Shown here piece by piece: positions 57,535-64,000 of a stretch of DNA of 64,000 bases. The stretch lies in assembly GCA_965205945.1 (NCBI GenBank), contig CBDBIB010000003.1, positions 162,192 to 226,191 on the forward strand, given 5' to 3'. The notes below the pieces were generated by a model, which searched no databases, was not told the DNA's origin, and worked only from the letters and a program-made list of their open reading frames with translations. Positions within the stretch are counted from its first letter, which is position 1; every line of letters begins with the position of its first letter. The stretch is from Bdellovibrionales bacterium (GTDB lineage: Bacteria; Bdellovibrionota; Bdellovibrionia; Bdellovibrionales; UBA1609). A program made the position numbers and the translations under genes.

Positions 57535-58656
57535 CTAAGACCAAGTTTGATTTCCTTTTCCAGTCCATTTTCCTCTTGGGCGGTAAATTCTATTGTTGGC
57601 ATATTGTTCAAAAGTATGTGCAAGCCAGCCAGAAGTTCTTGAAACTACAAAAATTGGAGTAAACAAATCCATAGGAAAACCCATAGAATAATAAACTGTA
57701 GCAGAGTAAAAATCTACGTTTGGTAAAAGTCCTTTTTGAGAAATCACTGTTTTTTCAATAATATCAGAAATCTTATACCACTTAGAGTTTTGTGTATTCT
57801 GAGAAAGGTTTTCACTCATATTTTTTAAGATAGGAGCTCTTGGGTCACCATTTTTATAAACTCTATGGCCAAAACCCATTATTTTAATTTTCTTTTTAAG
57901 AGCTTTTTTAACCCATAGGGCGGCTTCTTTAACTTCGTTGATTTCAAAAAGCATATGCATCACTTGCTCATTAGCACCACCATGGAGAGGGCCTTTTAAA
58001 GAACCAATACCTGATGTTATTGCAGAGTATATATCACTTAAAGAAGATGCTGTAACTCTAGTAGAAAAAGTAGAGCAGTTAAGTTCATGATCTGCATGTA
58101 AAATTAAACATGTATCCATAATCTTAACTGTTTTTGTAGAGGGCTTTTTGCCTTCCATCATATAAAGAAAATTCCAAGCTATTGTTTTTCCCTTAATAGG
58201 TTGAATAAACTCTTTGCCCTCTCTTTTTCTATGAAAAAATGAAACTAATGTAGACATTTTAGACATTAATTTAATGCCTACTCTTCTTTGGTTTTTCTCA
58301 GAAAGATCCTGGGATTCAGGGTCCCAAAGGCTTAAAGCCGAAACTGCTGATCTTAACCATGCCATTGGGTGAACATCTTTTACGGGTAAAGTATTTAAAA
58401 AAGAAATAGTTTGTTCACTTAATTGAGCATTATTAGAAAGTTCATTTAAAAAAAAAGTTATTTCAGGTGCTGTTGGTCGCTTATCATTCCACAAAAGCCA
58501 TATAACTTCTTCAAAACTAGCGTTTTCAGCCAGCGACTCTATTGTATGCCCTCTATAACATAAAACCGCATCAATAATTGATGAGATAGATGTTGTACAA
58601 GCTACAACTCCTTCTAAACCCTTATCTAAAGCACCTTCATATACTTTTATAGGCAC
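57535..58656 (-). CDS. gltA: citrate synthase
   Basis: 373 aa. LHADHELN, GPLHGGAN and GFGHRVYKNGDPRA. Confidence 0.9.
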   Translation of the reverse strand: MPIKVYEGALDKGLEGVVACTTSISSIIDAVLCYRGHTIESLAENASFEEVIWLLWNDKRPTAPEITFFLNELSNNAQLSEQTISFLNTLPVKDVHPMAWLRSAVSALSLWDPESQDLSEKNQRRVGIKLMSKMSTLVSFFHRKREGKEFIQPIKGKTIAWNFLYMMEGKKPSTKTVKIMDTCLILHADHELNCSTFSTRVTASSLSDIYSAITSGIGSLKGPLHGGANEQVMHMLFEINEVKEAALWVKKALKKKIKIMGFGHRVYKNGDPRAPILKNMSENLSQNTQNSKWYKISDIIEKTVISQKGLLPNVDFYSATVYYSMGFPMDLFTPIFVVSRTSGWLAHTFEQYANNRIYRPRGKWTGKGNQTWS

Positions 58657-58670
58657 ACTAAAACTCTCCT

Positions 58671-59534
58671 TTAAACTAATTTTATGATATTATTTCCTAC
58701 TGAGACTACAATAAGGGAAACATCTTGCATAGGCTTACGGCTATCTAAATGCTGGTCTAATTTATAAAAAATATCATTTCTTAAGTCATGAACTGATTGT
58801 TTTAAGGGTATTTTTGATAAAGCTTTTAAAATTGGCATGGACGTAAAAGCAGCCCCTTTAGAGTTGGACATTGTTATTAGCCCTGGGGAGGCGATAACAA
58901 TTCTATCATAGGGTTTTAATTTAATGATTTTTTTATCATCAAATTCTTTAAAGTCCACAGTCTTTCCTGTTTCTCCATCTTGAAAAAAACAAGAAACGGC
59001 TCCATGTATTTTATACGTAAGTTCATAGGTTTTTTTATCAATAAGCATACAGGCAATTTGTATGTCTTTAGTGCTTTCTTTTTTTGTTTTAATTTCCTCT
59101 AAAACTTTATTGATAAAATATACCGGCGATGGGGTTGTGCCACCATCTAAACTTCTCCCATGTTTTAATAAAAAGGCTATTAATAAAGCTGTTAAAGACG
59201 GCCCTGTAGAAGAAGACAGAATTAGATTAAATTTAAACCTTTCTTTTTGTTCAAAAATATCTAAATAATCTCCATTAAAATGTATTCCTGATAAAAATTT
59301 CGTACTAAAGTGAAAGCCTGAGATGTGAGGAAATTGCGTGGGAACAAGATACTTAAAAATACTTTGAACCAAGTTTAAATCATCGCTTAAGCCTAGTAAA
59401 ATTTTTGACACCTTCATATTTAAACGTTTAACTTCAATTTTATATGTGCTTAAATCTTGTTCTCGTTCTAAGAGCTGTTCCTTAACTTTTCTTAACTTTT
59501 GTTCTAAAGCCTCTATTTTAGGATCAAATTCCAT
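58671..59534 (-). CDS. SpoIIE/PP2C-fold protein with substituted metal-binding residues
   Basis: N-terminal coiled coil. GDYLDIF matches the GGDxYD motif, but ILSSSTGPSLTALL replaces aDVsGHGvpAAll, IASPGLI replaces lyTDGl, and QDVSLIVV replaces DDitllvv. Start placed at MEFDPK, behind a GAGG RBS. Confidence 0.5.
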   Translation of the reverse strand: MEFDPKIEALEQKLRKVKEQLLEREQDLSTYKIEVKRLNMKVSKILLGLSDDLNLVQSIFKYLVPTQFPHISGFHFSTKFLSGIHFNGDYLDIFEQKERFKFNLILSSSTGPSLTALLIAFLLKHGRSLDGGTTPSPVYFINKVLEEIKTKKESTKDIQIACMLIDKKTYELTYKIHGAVSCFFQDGETGKTVDFKEFDDKKIIKLKPYDRIVIASPGLITMSNSKGAAFTSMPILKALSKIPLKQSVHDLRNDIFYKLDQHLDSRKPMQDVSLIVVSVGNNIIKLV

Positions 59535-59689
59535 ATTTACCTCTAAATTACTTTGAATAATCAGTATACTCTTAATTGTAGAGTCAACAAACATATTGTA
59601 TCAATATAACTAAAGAAAATATTTTTATATCTAAAGGGTGGGAGGCAAAGATTAGAAACATTAATGAGCTTGCTAAAGATCCAATACTC

Positions 59690-60406
59690 TTGTTTAAAGA
59701 ATCTTTTGTGCCCGATGAGCTTAGAATACCTCCTTTATGGGAACAAGAGTTTAAAAGAATTATTTCTTTTTGTAATGAGAAAGGTTTTTCATCAGGAGTT
59801 GAACTTTTAGACTTAATAGAAGTTGCTTCAAAAGCTATATTTCTTTCAAATAACAATCACTTTATATTTACACTGTCTAATAAAAAACCTATTTGTTCCG
59901 AACTTTTAGGAAGTTTACTTATGTATCTTATTTGGTTTGACACGAAAAAGACTTTTCCGAAAATAATTTCATCATCAGAGCTGTATTTTTTCTCAACACC
60001 TGATAACGATATTACACAAATTAATTCTAACGAAAAAAATGCTTTGCCTGATTCAAAAAAATTTGATCTTTTTAATTCTGGAAGAGCTTTACAACTTAGT
60101 TTTATAGATTTAGTGAAGCACTATTTTGAAGAGCTTTGCTCTAAATACATTGAAAACCAGAACTATCAATCCTTACAAAAGGCTCAAACTTATATGATCT
60201 TTTTTGATCCTAAGGAAATTAAATGGTATGCAAGAAGAGGTCTTTTGCGTAAAAGACTTGGTGATTTTTCAGGAGCATTATCCGACCTTAAAAGGTTTCT
60301 TTCTTTTTGCAGTTATGAAGAAACACCTATAGCTGTTAAAAATGCTCTCATTGAATTAGAAGGGCTTAATGCTACTAATAATTTTAGTGAGTACTCTATT
60401 CATTAA
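59690..60406 (+). CDS. SirB1/UPF0162-like TPR protein
   Basis: 238 aa with TTG start. C-terminal TPR-like WYARRGLLRKRLGDFSGALSDLKRFLSF resembles the YchA/SirB1 C-terminus. Confidence 0.4.
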   Translation: MFKESFVPDELRIPPLWEQEFKRIISFCNEKGFSSGVELLDLIEVASKAIFLSNNNHFIFTLSNKKPICSELLGSLLMYLIWFDTKKTFPKIISSSELYFFSTPDNDITQINSNEKNALPDSKKFDLFNSGRALQLSFIDLVKHYFEELCSKYIENQNYQSLQKAQTYMIFFDPKEIKWYARRGLLRKRLGDFSGALSDLKRFLSFCSYEETPIAVKNALIELEGLNATNNFSEYSIH

Positions 60407-60555
60407 GAGCACCACCATATAAAGAACAATTAATTTTTCTATAAAATTATTTAAAAAGCTTATTTTTTTGCATTCTAAGATGTGAGGATTTTTTTAAAAA
60501 GTTTTTTTGTCTCAGTGTTTAAGTTCTTGTTCTAAGAGTACGAAGATGAACTTTA

Positions 60556-62862
60556 TTACTTTTTCTTTTTACCTTTTTTTCCAAAGGAAAGACTTCTGGC
60601 TGAAGAGGAGGGTGAAAACATTAAGGTCGCCTTGCTTAAGGTTGTTTTATTTTTTTTAGATTTGCGATTTTTAGCATTATTTTCTCTAGTGTCTTCTTTT
60701 TTATTTTTAAATATTCGTTTTAACGTTTTTTTTCCAACAGTTTGGGTTTTAAGCTTGTCAAAAAGGGGTTTTCTAACAGTACTTTTAAAATGCTTAACTA
60801 ATGAAAAATCAATCTTGCCATCTGAAATATCAACATTTAAAACTTTAACTCTAACCTTATCCCCAACTCTAAATATTTTTCCTGTTCGTTTTCCCTTTAA
60901 GGTCCAAGTGTCTTCATCATAAATAAGATAGTCATTTAAAAGCTCTTCAAGTTTAATTAAGCCATCTAAAGGGAACTTTTTTAATGTCACAAAGGCTCCA
61001 AACTTAACTAAGGAGTTGATATAACCATCAAACTCTTTGCCAACGTGAGATTCAAAAAATCTACATTTTTTAACTGATGTGACCTTGCGTTCACATTTAA
61101 CAGCACGCTGTTCAGCAGCACTTAAAGTGGCTCCCATTAAAGTAACATCTTCTTTAGAGTATGCAGTATATTTTTTATTTAGTAGGCTTTTAATTTGTCT
61201 ATGGGTTACTAAATCTGGATAACGTCTAATTGGAGATGTAAAGTGTGTATAGTGGGTAAAATTTAAACCAAAATGCCCACAATTATTAAAAGAGTATTGA
61301 GCTTGCTTCATTGATCTTAAAATAAAGTTTTGTGCAATAGCTGAAATATTAGAATCTTTAATTTCTTTTATTTTTTCTGAGAGTTTTTGAAAATCAAAGT
61401 TCGTATTAATCTTGTTAATGGATATATTTAAAAATGAGCCTAAGATTATATGAAGCTTTGATAAATCTTTTTTTTCTGGAGGTTCATGAATTCTATACAT
61501 TTGAGGTGTTTTTTTCTGATCTAAAAACTTTGCAGAACAAATATTTGTAATTAGCATTAATTCTTCAATCAATCTATGAGAGAAAATACGTTCTTCTTTA
61601 ATTAGATCCGTAGGTGCTCCCATATCATTTATTAAAACTTTTATAGAAGGGACATTAAAATCAATACTTCCTTCTTTCATTCGTTTTTTGTTTAAAATTT
61701 CAGCTAATTCTGCTGCTATTTTAATGATGTTATAAACTGTTGATGAGTGTTTATTTTGATTTCCTTCTAAAACTTCTTGGGCTTCACCATAAGTAACTCT
61801 TGCATGAGAGTTCATAACTCCTTCAAAAAAAGTATAATCTAACACCTCTCCTGCTAGATTGATGTTTATTTCACAGCAAAAACATAATCTATCTACGTTA
61901 GGTTTTAAAGAACATAGTCCATTACTGAGCTCTTCTGGGAGCATTGGGCAAACATAGTTTGCCAAATAAACACTTGCTCCTTTTTCATAAGCTTCAATAT
62001 CTAAAGAAGATCCTTTAAGAACGTAATGACTTACGTCTGCAATGGCAACTAAAAGCTTATACCCTTTAGAATTTTTAGATACACAAATAGCATCGTCAAA
62101 ATCTTTTGCTGTAACACCATCAATTGTAATTAGGGGTGTACTACGCAAATCCTTACGGTTTATTTTATCACTTTCTTTAACTGAATCACCGTGGTGTCGG
62201 GCATTTTTTAAAGCTTTTTTAGAAAACTCAATGGGCACAGAGTGTTCATATAAAATTCTAATATTGTCTGTGTTTGGATCAAATTCACTGCCAATACTGC
62301 TAATGATTTCTCCTGTAAAAGTGTTTTTAAAATCCTTTTTTTTATTTGAATTTGGTTTTTCACAGGGATTTGGATATTTAGTTACTTTAACTAATACAAG
62401 CTCCCCTTCAGCGGCTTTAATTGGATTTTCGACTAAGAGTTCTTGTCCCCAATTATAAGAGCTATCTTTTAAGAAAAAGTTATTCTCTATACTATTAAAG
62501 TAAAGTCTTCCAATAAATTTTTGACAAGCTCTTTTAACAACTCTAAGTACTTTTCCTCTGCGACCAAATTTATTAATACTATTGTTTACAGTGATTTCAA
62601 CAAGGTCGTTTGAAAATACTCCAAACATCTCTTCCTTTGGGATATAGACATCTTCTAGGGTCTTATCTTCGTAAACAAAGAAACCAAAGCCATCAGGGTT
62701 TCTTTTGACTCTTCCTAAGAAAATTTGTTTAAAGGATTTTTTAGCATTTAAGGTTTTTGTTAAGGATTTTTTTTTACGATCTTTTTTTTTAAAAGAAGCT
62801 TTTTTTAAAAAACTTCGTTCCTCCTTTACTGTAACATTCCTTGTTTTTTTTTTATTACTCAT
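60556..62862 (-). CDS. rnr: ribonuclease R
   Basis: 768 aa. RNB domain ITIDGVTAKDFDDAI and HFGL...YTHFTSPIRRYPD, an S1 domain, and Lys-rich termini. Confidence 0.9.
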   Translation of the reverse strand: MSNKKKTRNVTVKEERSFLKKASFKKKDRKKKSLTKTLNAKKSFKQIFLGRVKRNPDGFGFFVYEDKTLEDVYIPKEEMFGVFSNDLVEITVNNSINKFGRRGKVLRVVKRACQKFIGRLYFNSIENNFFLKDSSYNWGQELLVENPIKAAEGELVLVKVTKYPNPCEKPNSNKKKDFKNTFTGEIISSIGSEFDPNTDNIRILYEHSVPIEFSKKALKNARHHGDSVKESDKINRKDLRSTPLITIDGVTAKDFDDAICVSKNSKGYKLLVAIADVSHYVLKGSSLDIEAYEKGASVYLANYVCPMLPEELSNGLCSLKPNVDRLCFCCEININLAGEVLDYTFFEGVMNSHARVTYGEAQEVLEGNQNKHSSTVYNIIKIAAELAEILNKKRMKEGSIDFNVPSIKVLINDMGAPTDLIKEERIFSHRLIEELMLITNICSAKFLDQKKTPQMYRIHEPPEKKDLSKLHIILGSFLNISINKINTNFDFQKLSEKIKEIKDSNISAIAQNFILRSMKQAQYSFNNCGHFGLNFTHYTHFTSPIRRYPDLVTHRQIKSLLNKKYTAYSKEDVTLMGATLSAAEQRAVKCERKVTSVKKCRFFESHVGKEFDGYINSLVKFGAFVTLKKFPLDGLIKLEELLNDYLIYDEDTWTLKGKRTGKIFRVGDKVRVKVLNVDISDGKIDFSLVKHFKSTVRKPLFDKLKTQTVGKKTLKRIFKNKKEDTRENNAKNRKSKKNKTTLSKATLMFSPSSSARSLSFGKKGKKKK

Positions 62863-62872
62863 TGTTTCCTTA

Positions 62873-64000
62873 TTAATTATCTAGGCTTAGACGTGATAAA
62901 TGTTTTATTAAAAATTGTTTTTTTTCTTCTAATATCAAAATTTGTTTCTTGTCTTCTTTAATAAGATGTTTAGGAGCATTTTGTAAATATCTTTTGTTTA
63001 AAAGTTTTTCTGAAATTAATGTTAAGTTTATTTTAATTTTTAACATATTTTTTTTAATTCTTTTAATTTCTTCAGCTATATCAACAAGTCCTTTTAATGG
63101 AACTACAACTTCAACTGTGCACTCTGATATTTTAAGAGGTGTGACCGCACAATTTTTTAAAGATGCAGGTTCAACAAAGCTAAGGTTTTTAATTAATGCA
63201 AGTTTCTTAATGATGACTTTGTGAATTTGTAGTGTTTTTTCTGATTTTTTATCTCTAGGAATTAAGAAGACATCAACAGGCTGGCTCACTTTAATTTGAT
63301 TCTCACCCCTAATATTTCTAACTGATGAGATACACTGTCTAATCACATCAGTATTTAAATTTGAATCTTTACAGGTACTAATCATTTTAAAGGTTTGCTT
63401 ATTTGGGTAATTCACTAGTGCTAAACTTTCGTGGTTGTTTGTTGGCAAGCTTGAATAAATTTCTTCAGTTACGAAAGGAATGAAGGGGTGGAGGAGCTTG
63501 ATTATATTGTCTAAGCAAAAAGATAAGACGCTAAGAGCAGTTTCTTTTTTTTTAATATCTTCACCATAAACTCTTATTTTGGAAAATTCTAAATACCAAT
63601 CACAAAAGTCATTCCAAACAAATAAATAAAGACTTTGTGTAGCTTCTGAAAACCTTAATGCTTTGATTTTTTCATTAACATCTTTTGTGGTTACTTTTAA
63701 GGCGTCTAAAATCCAGAAATCAAACGTATTAAAATCTGAGGCTATAAATTTATCTTGATTAAATTTATAGTTATTTTCTTCCACTAAGTTTAAATAAAAA
63801 CGCGTTGCATTCCAGATTTTGTTGATAAAGTTTTTATATCCTTGAAGTCTTTGTTCGGAAAACTTAATATCTTTTCCTGAGGCCATTTGAGATATTAAAG
63901 TAAACCTTAAAGAGTCGGCGCCATAATCTTTAATAAGTTTTATTGGATCAATTGAGTTTCCTAAAGATTTTGACATTTTTCTTCCTTGGGAGTCTCGGAT
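62873..64000 (-). CDS. valS: valine--tRNA ligase, C-terminal part (5' end beyond the window)
   Basis: The frame is open to the window edge (IRDSQGRKMSKSLGN, containing KMSKS). Anticodon-binding domain and C-terminal coiled coil. Confidence 0.9.
   Translation of the reverse strand: MRDSQGRKMSKSLGNSIDPIKLIKDYGADSLRFTLISQMASGKDIKFSEQRLQGYKNFINKIWNATRFYLNLVEENNYKFNQDKFIASDFNTFDFWILDALKVTTKDVNEKIKALRFSEATQSLYLFVWNDFCDWYLEFSKIRVYGEDIKKKETALSVLSFCLDNIIKLLHPFIPFVTEEIYSSLPTNNHESLALVNYPNKQTFKMISTCKDSNLNTDVIRQCISSVRNIRGENQIKVSQPVDVFLIPRDKKSEKTLQIHKVIIKKLALIKNLSFVEPASLKNCAVTPLKISECTVEVVVPLKGLVDIAEEIKRIKKNMLKIKINLTLISEKLLNKRYLQNAPKHLIKEDKKQILILEEKKQFLIKHLSRLSLDN

Noticed and set aside
1-64000. CRISPR arrays, rRNA genes, retron/reverse-transcriptase loci, restriction-modification systems or other known defence systems
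   Set aside because: I saw no regularly spaced direct repeats, no rRNA signatures and no ORFs with nuclease/helicase/RT/methylase defence-type motifs while reading the window. A dedicated tool scan (DefenseFinder/PADLOC, CRISPR finders) would be the decisive check.

Overview
This is an AT-rich (about one-third GC by eye) chromosomal segment from a diderm bacterium. The gene content fits a low-GC Proteobacteria-like or Bdellovibrionota-like lineage: kdsA, an LptM-like lipoprotein, a DsbA-like lipoprotein, an HlyD-type adaptor, a fis-like gene, ssrA and many lipobox proteins. The taxon cannot be fixed without a database search.

Most of the window is housekeeping. It holds kynB and kynA, sodB, rmuC, dnaB, a fis-like gene, queE, ftsK, dapA-dapB-tal, ctpA, metG, tig, pepA, clpP-clpX-lon, xthA, a 2-Cys peroxiredoxin, kdsA, sfsA, nth, elbB, gltA, rnr and the 3' part of valS, which runs off the window. 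The RNA genes are tRNA-Val(UAC) at 41498-41573 and tmRNA at 52666-53015 on the minus strand.

Mobile and accessory DNA:
- A frameshift-riddled Tn5/IS50-like IS (6588-8082) lies next to an orphan gene fragment.
- A decayed integrative element sits at the 3' end of tRNA-Val. It is bounded by a 12-nt direct repeat and carries only the C-terminal half of a large serine recombinase.
- An apparently intact IS3-family element (48497-50197) has 43-bp perfect inverted repeats and an A8 slippery site.
- A small accessory block (serine recombinase, GNAT, XRE) lies between that IS and the 3' end of ssrA.

No CRISPR array, rRNA gene or recognisable defence system was seen. The most unusual chromosomal loci are three tightly overlapping operons:
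- A DUF4956 protein and a VTC-domain (polyphosphate-polymerase-like) protein flank an HlyD-type adaptor and a coiled-coil protein (22248-25554).
- Two half-size ArsA/Get3-like ATPases precede an EI24/CysZ-like membrane protein and a rare-type gshA (28766-32399).
- Tryptophan 2,3-dioxygenase is coupled to a threonine-aldolase-like PLP enzyme, an arginase-family hydrolase and a creatininase relic (1539-4780).

All functional calls rest on motifs read from the translations. No searches were run.
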